Shown one piece after another: positions 47,798 through 60,081 of a DNA stretch of 64,000 bases. The DNA is from Nymphaea colorata (Eukaryota). Numbering within the stretch: position 1 is the stretch's first letter; every line of letters begins with the position of its first letter. Under the pieces are notes generated by a model. It was not told the origin of the DNA. It searched no databases and saw only the letters and a list, made by a program, of their open reading frames with translations. Position numbers and translations under genes: made by a program. Where the stretch lies: positions 40,672,001 to 40,736,000 of the forward strand of contig NC_045138.2 in NCBI RefSeq assembly GCF_008831285.2, given 5' to 3'.

Positions 47798-50582
47798 GGA
47801 CGAACTAGCTTGAGTTGTTGAGAGACTTACCGCTCACTTACATTGTAAAAGAACCCCAGTGCCATTCCCCTTCGGCCCTAACATTCTAACATGTGTTGGC
47901 TTACATCACAGAAGACATATATGATATACCTATGATATTTGAACCAACTATTGGTTGTCTACGGGCAAGAGAGAGAAAGAGAGAGATACAGATAGCTCGC
48001 AAACAAAAAGCGCAGGGATCTCTTAATCTCTCTCTCCACCATTAAAAGCGATAGAAATGGAGAGAGGGAAAGAACGTTGGCATGGTCTTGAATGGTGACG
48101 ACAAGGGAGCCCACGGCATGTGCAGTGTCTTCTAAGGTAGTGCAGAAGTTTTGCAAGTTCCCTTCCTCCGAAGATCGTTGCCGATGGGACAGTTGGACCG
48201 GCCTTCCCACCACAAAGGTTAATTTTCACAGGTTGATCAGGAACCAGAGGACGTACGAGTCCCATCAACTAACAGACCTTTAAGTAGGCGGATGGAATCA
48301 TAAACAATAAATACTGTCATCATTTTTGAAAAATAAGAGTTTTACACGGTACTGCCAGTCATAAATCTATGTAGTTAAAATGTCTTGTACATTTTTATGA
48401 CAAAATTTTGACATTTCTAAAATAATGGAGTCATAACACTGTTTGCAGTGAGGAATGATCTAAGTGGGAAGGGCAGTCAACATTTCAAATGGCATGGTGG
48501 AGTGCCTGAATAAAGTAGTTAACTTTGTTAGATAAATTTCTTATTGTTTCTTTACTTCATATCATGTTCGAGTAAAAGGTCATTGAGACAGAGCATAGGA
48601 ATGTGAGGCACCTGCAGCATCCTTCCTGTAAATAGAATAAGAACAGTTTCCCGGTTAATTATACTTAATACAAACAAAAGTTATCACATAAGGTAGGTAA
48701 TGGCCCCAGAGAAAGCACACATGCACCATCATGTCTAATTAACAGACAAACAAGGCTAATAATGTTAAGTGCTCTAACTGGGAGCTGAGATTTCCAGCTG
48801 TAATTTGTCCATCACACAACTGGGAAGTCCCTAAATGCAGAAGAAACAGAGAACAGAGCTCTGAAAGAAAAGAACAGCTGTTGAACAAACTGATATGATA
48901 TGCGGGCCCGAGTTCTAGCATGGATATAGAAGCTCAATGGAGTGTGATACGGCTAACCTTTTGGCTTTTATATAGCAAAAAAGCTGGAGTGTAAATGATA
49001 ATATATGCGGCACTCGAATTGAAATGTGTAGTATAAGACAGGGAAAGGAGGAAAGGATTCAGCCTTTCACTTGGGCAATATGATTCCCTCCCACTCTCCT
49101 GAAACAAGACACTTTGTTATAAGAAAACTCCCAAAGATTAGTACTTACACTGCCAGGAAAGTCATGAGAATCAAGAATTGGATCGTAAGGGCTCACATAC
49201 ATTATATATACATATATATATTCATGAAAATGTCGGAACAATGGAGTATAATTCATAAATTGGATCGAGTTCCCCATCCGGACCGAACGTGACCAACATC
49301 CTCATAATGTCATAAATTTTCGCATTAAAATTAGTTATCGGATTCCTGAATATTTTCCTGGGCACTGCCCATGTGGTCGGATTGTCTTGTCAACACCACC
49401 AAATCAATGGGATATCAAAAGTTAGCCAATGTTGGTGGTATTCCTTGCTGCCGCACCAACAGCCGTGGAGGAGCTTCAAGGGTTTCATCAGCTGGGGGAC
49501 AATTACCAATGTGCAGTATCATGAATTTTCTCATGGGCTGTCCAAAGAAACAGATTGTCTGGATCGCAGATATGATTTGACAAAGATTGTGGGCTCCAAC
49601 GATGGTGCAAAGACAAGCCTTTGAAGCACACGTCTCCATCTGCAAATTGATCGCATTCAAGAAGTAACTTGATAACGATCACTATAAAGGTTCCATGATC
49701 ACATCACTCTGCGAAAAAAGTTGTCCACAGATCAAAAACTGTAAAGATTTAGCTGTGAGCCGAGGTCAAGTGATGTTAAGATCAGCAGTAGCTCAAATTT
49801 ACAGTTACTGCTCTTAGTGTTCTGCTCGACAGTACTTTAAATGCTAGAATGGAATTAAGATGGCTCATTTAACACTACCCTTTTCAAATTCGTAACGTCT
49901 TTCTCGGTATAGTAACATCCGAGAGCATAGAGTAGACAGAGGCGTAGCAAAATGCTTTTATTGAGCAAACCAACCTACGAACAGCTAGGACAGATAGCAA
50001 AAAATGTAATGTGATGAAGGACATACACTATAGGGGGAATCTACCTACTTGTTGACATTCATGAACTCATGGCAAGGTGTCCAAAAATTGGAGGGTCCAT
50101 GTGAATGGGCTCCAGTGAATTGTTTGGGGTCTTATCAACTCAAGCCACACTTCACGCTTTTGTTTCTCTGCTCACATGGGTAGGTGCCCACAGTTCATTA
50201 GAGCTGTTGCACCACATCCACATACTCCCTCTCTTTTTCTCTCTCTATTGGGAGTTTGCGGTGGGAATGAGAGGCGGTGGGACACAGAGACAGAAAGAGT
50301 TGATTGTAGACATTTATTGCTTGAGACACAAAGGAGACACAGTACATGAGCATGTGATGTTTGTACAATCCATGCACTGCCAAGATGTTAAAATGTCTCA
50401 TTGTGCAAGTTTCTTAGTGTCACTCACCTTCGCCTAATGTCTATTTTGTTTCCCCACTGACGCCAACGTATAACCAACAAGGAATTGAACCTCCACTGGT
50501 GTGGCTAGGATGTTCATTGAGGCCTTCAGGGCGTTTGATTGGAGTTCTTAGGGCACGAGGAGCTGGGAGTCTGGGACGTTGA

Positions 50583-50814
50583 GTTCTCTAGACATGTATC
50601 ACGTCCCAATCGACAAAACGGTGAATCTGTCTACTGTTTTATGAAATTAAGAACGAGCAAAGTGTCCATTACGTGTATTTGCGAATCAAATCATGACTGA
50701 AACGTAGGACATGCAAAAGACAAACCCATGCACGTCTCTCAAAACTTTATTCCTGCGTCCTATTCTTACTAAAAAAAAAAAAGTTGATTCGTGGACACTC
50801 CGTGTCTAGAGAAC
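50583..50814. mobile_element. Putative MITE (~232 bp) with imperfect terminal inverted repeats
   Basis: The left end gttctctagacatg…gtcccaatcgac and the reverse complement of the right end gttctctagacacg…gtccacgaatcaac share 12 identical terminal bases and ~30 bp of imperfect similarity. No clear TSD. Confidence 0.6.
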
Positions 50815-52712
50815 ATTTGTTGTTATGAATAAAATGCTTCCTCTTCTCGGGGCCACATGTTTTATCGTTATTTTTAGGACTGGAGGAACAAGACGTCCTG
50901 TTCTTAGAATCTTTAGAAAACAAGAATCAAACACACTCTCCAGTTAATCAAGATAAAAGGCTCAAGACCTTAAACTTGTAATAGTCTGCCCAATCCCAAC
51001 TTTGGCTACCAACAGAAGGAAAAATGGTTGCCTATCTAATCTCGGAAAACTGAATTTGGCCTTTTATTTTCCTATTGTCATGTCCATGTCCTTTTTTTCA
51101 ATGAATTATGGGATTGCATTATTCATGTGGGGCTAGCATTTTTTGGAAAGAAATTTGGAATGTCGATATATAACATTATGTTGTTACCAAGTGGGGTTGT
51201 CGATGAGCTCAACGTGAATTACAGATAGGTGGGCCAAGGTCCAGGCCGGCTTGTTAGGTGGGCTTCCTAGGTTCAGGACCAGATAAGAACGTATCGGCTC
51301 CATTGGCCCTGTTCAATGCTCAATTGTAAGTGTGTTTGCTATTTGTCCATACATTTGGACCAGACAAGATCGTTCTTATGTACAGCACTGTTCCTGCTGA
51401 GGAAGAAATTACGTGCAAACGGATAGTTATGTACTGGAACTTGGATAGGGTGGCAGACGGTTCACATTCGCCAAATACAATGAAAGTCCGATCGACGGTC
51501 CAACCAAAGATGGGGAAGGCCCCTTGCCATTTCTGACCTATTTGCAATCCTATTACTCCGTGATTGACCAGAAAATACTGTGCTTGTTACCAATGATCTA
51601 TTACAGAGCAATGACGTTTTCGCTTACCCTACAAAGTTCACTGTGTTGGATAGTGGCCATGAGCCCTATCCTTTTATTTCGTAACTGCGAGGGGGCCCAC
51701 TTGCAATGCAATTACAAGATCTACTTGCAAACGACGATTTTCAAATAAAAGTTTAAGATTTATGAACTCCAACACACTTTCAATTAACGTTTAAACCTAG
51801 TCGGACTTACTGATCGATAAGTTTAGTAGCAATTAAAGCTACTTCTGGACTTATGTAAACTTAGAGTTATTCCATTCAACTGGATAATAGTGTCTACCAC
51901 CATGCAGTGCAGTTCAAACGAATAGCGGCTACAAGGATCAAACCATGACCGAATATTGAACCTCAGCTACACATGGCCTCTCATGGCTGGTAAGAACCAT
52001 ATTGGAAAAGGATTGGTGAATAATTTTCTGCAAGATCTAGTGATTTCATTGTGAGTGTTTCAATTTATAGATTAATATTGACAATCCCTGGACGTTGAGA
52101 GCATTATCTTAGTTTTAGAACACCAACAACAGCGTTGTGTTGTGTTGAACTCGTAAATCCTAAAATCAGTCCTTGGCTTTCCATAGTCTTTTTGACATGT
52201 TTCCAAAAGTTCCTACATATAGGCTTTTAGTTTCAAAATTTTCCTGAAAACAAGTGAAGACTTGGGTGGATCTTTGTGACCCGCAGGTGGGAAAAAAAGA
52301 GTCCAGGCCTCTGTGACTTAAATCTACTCTATGTCGGCGACGGCTGGTTCTTTGCAAATCTTTAGACGATATCTGCAGCCGTTTTCTAACCGATGGCAAA
52401 TTTACTCGACTTGAAAATCTAATTGTATCCGAACAATTGCCATCTCTAGTTCAACCAGCATTTGACATCTCTGGTTCGGTTACAAACTAGAATGCCGATG
52501 TATGTCAGTTGACCAGAAGAAGGGCCGTACATAATAAGCGCGTTCCTTTACTCTGGAGTGGAACGGACTGAGCATGGTTTGAAGCTTCTAACTCTGTGGA
52601 AGAAGTCCCCAACTCCAAAAAACTGGAAAATCTGATCTCCCACTTGCCCACCCAAGCGCTCCGCCATTGCTGCAAGCGATGACCTTTCTTACAATAGAAG
52701 GTGGTGAACAAT

Positions 52713-54572
52713 ATGAGGCAGCCTGTAACAACCTTCCGTTACAATGCTATTATCAGAAACCATCTTAGAACCAGTAGAGCTGACCAAGCTCTGCAGCACT
52801 ATTTTTTTATGAGACAAGATGGCCTCCTTCCAGATAATTTCACCATTTCTTCACTGTTAAAGCTCTGCTCTAGTCTGGATGCCGGTATGTGCAACTGTAA
52901 ACTGATCCATGCGTTTGCTATCCGTTCTGGCTATCAGCAAGATGTCTTTGTTAGCACTGGCTTGGTGGAGTTGTATCTCAGCTACGGCGACCACGAAGCC
53001 GCGCACCAGTTGTTTGCTGAAATTGATAAAAGGGATGTTATCTCATGGACATCAATGATTTCTGGGTTAAATCGTAATTCACTTGGACTTGAGTCTCTTG
53101 AGCTATTTAGACGGATGGTGAAAGAAGGAGTGAAGCCAAATCAGGCAACACTAGCTGGTGTCCTTTCTGCATGTAAGCAACTAATGCAGCATAAGCTTGG
53201 CAAATCAATTCATGGAATTTTGATTAGGTCCAGGCTTGCGAGGGATGTCGTGATTGAAACTGCTCTAGTGGACGTGTATGCGAAGTGCAGGAACTTGAAC
53301 TATGCTCAGCGAGTCTTCGACAGGATGAGCGAAAGGAATATGGTGTCATGGACCATTATAGTTTCAGCTTATACCACAGAGGGGCTGCCACAAACTGCAA
53401 TCCAGATGTTCAGGCAGATGCTTAAGGAGGGAACTGAAGCACTTAACTTGGAAAGGCTTGCACCTGTTCTGCAAGCATGTGCAGAAGCTGCACATCTGCA
53501 ATATGGTAGGGAAATCCATGGGAGACTGTTCAAAATTCAAGATGGGGAGGTTAAAGTCAAGTTGATAAACGCTCTAATCGACATGTATGTCGAGAGTAGC
53601 AAGCTAGACTACGCTTTCTCATTATTTAGAAGAATGGCTGTAAGAAATGTGGTAACGTGGACAACCATGATTAAAGGTTATGGGATGCATGGTCTGAGCG
53701 AGAAAGCATTGGAGACGTTTGAATTGATGTTGGAGTCTGGAATAAAGCCAGATGGTGTTACATTCACGGCGGTTCTCTCGTCATGCAGCCATGCAGGGTT
53801 GGTTGAAGAAGGACTAAAGCAGTTTCGGTCCATGCAACGAGACTATGATATTACACCAAATATGCGACATTTTGCTTCCATAGTAGACATTTTTGGTCGT
53901 GCTGGTCGTCTCAAGGAAGCTTATGACTTTATAAGATGTATGCCAATAGAACCATCTGAGATGGTCTGGACAGCACTCCTCGCAGCTTGCAGGAGACACA
54001 AGAACTTGGAATTAGGTGAATTTTCAGCGGCAGAAGCTCTCCGATTCAACCAACATAATGCAGGCATTTACATACTTCTATCACACATTTATGCAGATTT
54101 GGGTCGATGGGAGGATGTTTCTAGAGTAAGGTTACTGATGAAGAAGTTAAGGCTGAAAACAAATACAGCATGCAGCTGGGTGGAAATAAAGGGGAAGGTC
54201 TATAAGTTCAGAGTCTCTGACAACTCGCAGCCCTTTTCAGATGAGCTCAAAAAATTTCTGGACAAGTTATTAAAGAAGATGGAGGCAACTGGGTACATGA
54301 GGAGTACATCAGGCGTGAGTCATGATACTAATGAGCAGGAAAAGATGCAAACGCTATGTGGACATTGTGAGAAGTTGGCACTTGCTTTTGCATTGAACTT
54401 TCGCGTACATGAGGTGCCCTTGCGAATCAGCAAGAATCTCCGTGTCTGTGAAGACTGTCATGAGTTTTTCAAGTTTGTGTCACAAACTTTTAATCAGGAA
54501 ATCTTTCTCAAAGATCCAAATCGCTGTCATCATTTCACACAAGGATCATGTTCATGTGGTGATTACTGGTGA
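52713..54572 (+). CDS. PLS-class pentatricopeptide repeat protein with E/E+/DYW domains (RNA-editing factor type), intronless
   Basis: Repeated P-L-S motifs (RDVISWTSMISG, RNMVSWT, RNVVTWTTMIKGYGMHG, PDGVTFTAVLSSCSHAGLVEEG). E domain GRAGRLKEA…WTALLAAC…YILLSHIYA. DYW domain HCEKLA…KNLRVCEDCH…CSCGDYW*. The start codon is uncertain (first in-frame ATG at 52713; in-frame TAG at 52695). Confidence 0.95.
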   Translation: MRQPVTTFRYNAIIRNHLRTSRADQALQHYFFMRQDGLLPDNFTISSLLKLCSSLDAGMCNCKLIHAFAIRSGYQQDVFVSTGLVELYLSYGDHEAAHQLFAEIDKRDVISWTSMISGLNRNSLGLESLELFRRMVKEGVKPNQATLAGVLSACKQLMQHKLGKSIHGILIRSRLARDVVIETALVDVYAKCRNLNYAQRVFDRMSERNMVSWTIIVSAYTTEGLPQTAIQMFRQMLKEGTEALNLERLAPVLQACAEAAHLQYGREIHGRLFKIQDGEVKVKLINALIDMYVESSKLDYAFSLFRRMAVRNVVTWTTMIKGYGMHGLSEKALETFELMLESGIKPDGVTFTAVLSSCSHAGLVEEGLKQFRSMQRDYDITPNMRHFASIVDIFGRAGRLKEAYDFIRCMPIEPSEMVWTALLAACRRHKNLELGEFSAAEALRFNQHNAGIYILLSHIYADLGRWEDVSRVRLLMKKLRLKTNTACSWVEIKGKVYKFRVSDNSQPFSDELKKFLDKLLKKMEATGYMRSTSGVSHDTNEQEKMQTLCGHCEKLALAFALNFRVHEVPLRISKNLRVCEDCHEFFKFVSQTFNQEIFLKDPNRCHHFTQGSCSCGDYW

Positions 54573-55207
54573 AGCATTGAATACTTTCTTGTAATTATAT
54601 TCTTCTTTCTCATGCTTGCCCCTCTCAAAAGACTTTGAAACGGTTGGATATAGAGAATTTGAAATGGTTGGACATAGATATTGATAGTGGTTGCATATAG
54701 GAAACAGGCTACCTACATTTAGTTTGGAAAGTTGCACTTGGAGCTAGAGAGGACATCGGTGGTGGGCCTGGTGGCATAATGTCTGCAGGACAGTGGAAGC
54801 AAGATGTACATTTCATGATGTTGATACAGTGATCTGAAAATTGAGAAATTCTCTCTCTCTATCTCTCTCTCGTTCGCCTTGTTCATAATTAAAAATGCTC
54901 TTTAGTGAATAGATCAAGACACCAGAAAGATGAAGATACAAGAAACTGACACACTTTTCGTCTCTTTCAGTTGCTTATTATGTCAGTGAAAGGCCAGAAA
55001 GATGAAGACACATCATATATGAAATTATCGCACTTTTTATTTTTTTCTTTTTCTTTTGATATTGTTCAACCTAATATAATGCATAAGAATTTGAATATAT
55101 GATCAATCCCAAATACTGCAGTAACATTTCCAAAGGTGCAAACAATTTTAAATATACATGATAACACTGTGGTTGACAATTGTCAGATAAAGCTATAAGC
55201 CATTGGA

Positions 55208-58200
55208 TTATGAAGTCTGAGCAGCTCTAAAAAGCTCCTTCCACTTCTCAGTATCACTACCTGGTCCTTCTCCCTATTGAACAAATACACACAAGCATGC
55301 ACCAAAAATCATCTGTTAGATATGTTAGAAACCATACGAACCATTTGCCGAAAGATGGAATTGCTGAAGCATTTGCTGAGCATATGGGCGTCACATCAAT
55401 AAAACTGATGTTTGTCAGCCTCACCTTGACAGAGTTGATCTCATAAATTTCACCCTGAGTGAACTCTATATCCAATGCCTGTAAGCATGCTTCTGCCACA
55501 ACAAGTCTGCTTACCTCCCCTACAAGTTTATCTCCTAAAAACACAAAAAAACAAATGTCCAGAATTAGCATACAAGAGTAAAGCATTATATGAGAAAATG
55601 AAAAGCACATGTCCATCACATAAGAAGTGATTTTTTTGCACCCACATAAATTAAACTATGAAATCGAATAACTGGCATTCATGGGATGGCTACTTGCCTT
55701 GACCTATAAGAACTGCACGACGCTGTCCTGCCGTGGCTTTTAACAGGGTATTTAGATCATATGAGGTATATGGACCATCAGTCAATCTTCCTGGCCTGGA
55801 AAGGTTTTTGCCACATGTTCAACTATTAACAAGAAAAATTGTTCTAATGGCATGAGCACGTGACTTATGAGACAATAACTCATGATTGCAGAATAAGAAA
55901 CAGGAAACCTGATAATAGTGTAGGGAACACCAGAATTGCGAACAAAATCTTCTGCCATCTTCTTGAACTTAAGAACGCCGAACAGATTCATGATGCTGCG
56001 ACAAAGTTAAATAAAGCAAATTGGTTAGGCGACTTAACCTTAATTCTCAAAAGAAAAGTTGAAGGAATTGCACGACTTTGCTTAACAAAACTGAAGGGAT
56101 GAATAAACTAAAACTACAGATTTTCTATTTGCAAATGAGCATCCTTCAGTTGTAGGCAAGTATATCATATAAAAAAAAGGGATGGTAGGGTTTACAATTT
56201 TAATCCAAATAAATGGCGCACGAACCAGTATCCAGTTTGTATCCCTTCCCCTCCGCAACATATTCACATGAAAAACTAATTTCAGGTAACGTGGGTAGAG
56301 CTTTCTTTCATTCTTTACCTATATTTTCTTATACTACAAGCAAATGTTCACTTATCGGTTCTGACTAGTATCTGAATGGCAAGTAAAGGATGAATCGGGC
56401 CAGGTCGGAAATAAATGTATTTCAGGCGCATTATAAAACACTAACAATCAAGTGCAACGACAATCTTGAAGCTCCATTTGTAGTAGTCCTATCTATTATT
56501 CTGTACCATTGATTATGAAGCAATCCTTTAGAAGTATTAACTCCCATGAAACATCCCACCGCCTTATACTCCCAACAAGGGCCTCAAATGGTTGCATACC
56601 TCCATGGTAGTTCATTGGATTTTGTGACACCAACAGATGATACAAGCACGAATCTTGTAATTGTTGGAGGCAATGCAGCTACAAGATTGCGAATCCCCTC
56701 CCAATCTTCAAAACAAGAACATAACTAATTAATGATCAATATTGGCCATAAATAACCATTTCAGGCTTTCCAATTATCTTCTCAGAAGTTCAAAGGGTAT
56801 AAAAAAACACATTAAGAAGTGAATGTAAAATCGGCATTGGTAACAATAATGGCGATGTCCACTTCGTGAAACTAAGTTCGCTTGATTCGTGAAGAATTCA
56901 AGGCAAGAATTATATCACCAGAAGAATCGTGCTTACCCACTCTTTCTGGTGTGTTATCTCCATCCCAGCGTCTAGAAGGAAAAGCAGTTGTCCCAGTGCA
57001 GCAAATTACATGCGTGACGCCCTAGGAAACAAGACTCCTATATTTTGAATTTCCATGGGCACAAATAATTCAATAAATAGACCACTACGTTAAGAAAGAA
57101 ATGCATAAGGACACAGAGACGGATCGGAACTGTACCTCAAAGATGTCCGGACACAGGTCAGATGGATTCCTTGTATCGCCTTTCCAAATCTGTCAACAAG
57201 TTGTACTCAACATTTATGCAATTTTACATGCAACACATCTCTGCTCATTTTACATTGTCTAGTTGTACAGGATAAAGTAAAACGGACAGAAAAGGAATGC
57301 ACGAGAATTTCAAAACTGAGTAATCGGAAAGCTTGGTGATCGTGGCACCTTTAGCATGCTTTGATCTTGTTTACCAAACAAAGGCTCTGCTTTTGAGGGA
57401 TCACGTAACAGTAGGTGTGTCTTGATCCCTCGATCTATCAAGGATGCAACAACAAGCTGCCCTGAAATCAAAGTCGGCTTCATTAGTTCAAGTTGCAAAA
57501 GCGTCTGCACGTAGATCTTTTGTTTTGTTAATTCATTCGCAAATAATTCATAGTTTTAGAAACTCCAGATGAAGACAAATCCCTATCACGCGTTCTGATC
57601 AATTTCAAAAGTAAACAAACAATCATACCGTAAGGAGTAAGAACCACAACTTGTAGGGATAAATAGAGACCAGAAGGACCAAGGATTGAACCATATTCCA
57701 TCATGTACGAACCCTCATTCTCTGCTGCTACTTATTGATAGCAGAGAATTAAACAATCAATCCAGTGAATGCACAATAGGACCCATGGACTAACTCATGG
57801 CACTGAAACCCGAAAACTGTGGTACACATCCAACACCATCATCAACCATGCATCTTCAAATAACCTTACCCCAACCGTCGAAAAAGAAAATCTTTCAACA
57901 TAGGAATATTACACGACAACATAAGCTCCTCCGTGGACCAGACATGAGAAAAATATGGCAAAGCGGATCCTTACCAACGCCACCAGAACCACCAACAACA
58001 AGAACTAGCTTGGAAGATGGAAGCTTCGTTTCAGGATCTCGGGTGAGCGTCCTGGAATCTTCTTGTTTCTCTGAACGGCATCGAACGCCTACTGTTGTCG
58101 CGCTTCTGGTCATGACCCTTCTCTTTGTGAGCGTAGAGCTGTGGAAACTGGGATGGTTGCATAGTGGGAAGTTTCTCCTGAGAATGGTGCTTCCATTCTT

Positions 58201-58263
58201 AATCCCTGTAGATGTGTCCAAGAACTGAAGAAGAAATGAGTTGCACGAGAATCTTGAAGCCAT
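55208..58263 (-). CDS. NAD(P)-binding Rossmann-fold (atypical SDR) protein, probably plastid-targeted
   Basis: Ser/Thr/Arg-rich transit-peptide-like exon 1 ends in LVLVVGGSGGVG|GQLVVASL (GxxGxxG). Later exons give GDTRNP, GVTHVICCTGTTAFPSRRWDGDNTPERV, FVLVSSVGVTKSNELPW, IMNLFGVLKFKKMAEDFV, YTIIRPGRLTDGPYTSYDLN, GDKLVGEVSRLVVAEACLQAL and GEGPGSDTEKWKELF…* (55208). Confidence 0.9.
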
Positions 58264-59951
58264 TGGGATCGAGAAGTTCAGAAAGAGGAAGGGGGAGGAG
58301 ACTGCAGCCTGCGCAGTTTCTCCACCACCGCTCCGAAACGTCGCGAGGGGAATGCACAGCTGGACCAATTAGCTTCTCTGCTTGTAAGATAAGTCAGCCG
58401 CGTGGGCCAGAATCCGGTTTCGGATAAGCCATAGAAATAGATATCGATTGCGAATAGATTTGGATTCGATGCCTAATCTCTCAATATTACCAAAGAGTGG
58501 TAATGTGGAATGTGAATGATACACGCGTCCCCACTGGACACCAGCCATAAGATTTCTGGCAGTGTTTGGTGCCAGATGGTGCCCAACGGCAGGACAATTG
58601 TCAGTGAATCCTGAATCACCAAAATAATTTATCGATTAGATCCAAGACAATAAATAGCCGTAGCACTTATCATATGAAAAAAAAGCAACTAATTACATCT
58701 TAATAAGACTGTTCACATTCAAAATTTTGTTTTGATCTCAAGGGTTTGATGTTCAAATCTCATAACCGTTACTACATTTTGGTGCATTATTCCTTTAAGC
58801 GGCACACGGTGATAAGTGTCACACTCGAGTTAAACTATATATCATAGGTTTACCGGAGCCCGAAACAAACGTAAAGACATAAAAATATGGTCTGTAACAT
58901 GGTTTTCTTATGTAAATATTAAAAAAAAAGTTAGATACGATCAAGACAATGACATGCATGCGTATGAATATAGTACTAAAGCATATTTAGCTCGAATCCT
59001 ACTGCGCGCACGCTGAATAGTTGAATCCCTTGACGTCTGAGCGGGGAAATTGACTATTTGATCTGTTAATTCAATACATTTTGAAAGATTCTGCTAGGAT
59101 AAGGAGCTTTTTAAATTGAAAAGGAGAACGTTTTTTGATTTTTTGACATTTACATCGCTTTTTTCATAAAGATCAAATATTATTCAATAAGTTTACAAAA
59201 CACAGTCAACTTGAGTTTAATCTGCTGAATCATCCGGAAGACGTTTCAAAAAAGAACTCAATCTTTGACTGCTGATACTGCGATATTTAGACGTATGTTC
59301 ACTAAGAACACACCTTAAAATGGGGTGAAGAAAGTTAAAACCTCTCTTTTTCAGACTTTCTTCGTTTTAAGGCTTCATCATATACCATGGAGAAGAAGTC
59401 CTGGAGTTCCTTGATATAATTTGCTCGTGAAAGTGTCGGCCTGTTGGGATCCAACGTGAACTTCGCGTTTGACGGGCTTCAATCTAATATCCGAGGTGTT
59501 CTGAGATTCCCACGGATTTGAAAACCACTGTACACAGATCAGACCCTTCCAAGTGGCTTTCAGATTCACGGTTTCTCAATGTAAAAGGAATTTAAAAACC
59601 ATGCATCTGAAATCCACCGTTTGTTGAAAGAGATCAGCATCCGATCTTAAATCTGAGGCCATCGAAACAACCCCACTTTTGGAAATCTGATCTTTCCTTC
59701 ATAAATAAATGGAGGACATATGTTACCTAAAACACAAATGCCATCATGTATAGAAATACAGATGAAACATGGACGACGCCTATCTAGGGAGGCTTAACTT
59801 TACTTCATTCACACACACGTGCGCGCGCGCACACACACACACAAACACATTTCTATGTATTTATGTACAAGAAATTCTGGTTCTATTATTTTTCTTTTTG
59901 CAGATCGATGTAAGTTACACCAAAATCTTTTTGCAGGAATCCAGTTGCCTT

Positions 59952-60039
59952 TTAATTCTTTATTAACTTGAAGCTGTCCCTCACGATCCTTGTACTCGAG
60001 TTCACAAACTGCGACAAGAAAAATTAAATAAATGAGATG

Positions 60040-60081
<42 letters not shown>

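Noticed and set aside
49371..49700. Cluster of short overlapping ORFs with coding-like composition
   Set aside because: No recognisable domain in any frame and no consistent splice structure. A blastx search would be needed.
46000..52300. Search for conserved miRNA precursors, tRNA or snoRNA genes
   Set aside because: By eye I found no conserved mature miRNA sequence, cloverleaf, or convincing C/D box pair with terminal stem. A covariance-model scan would be needed to exclude them.
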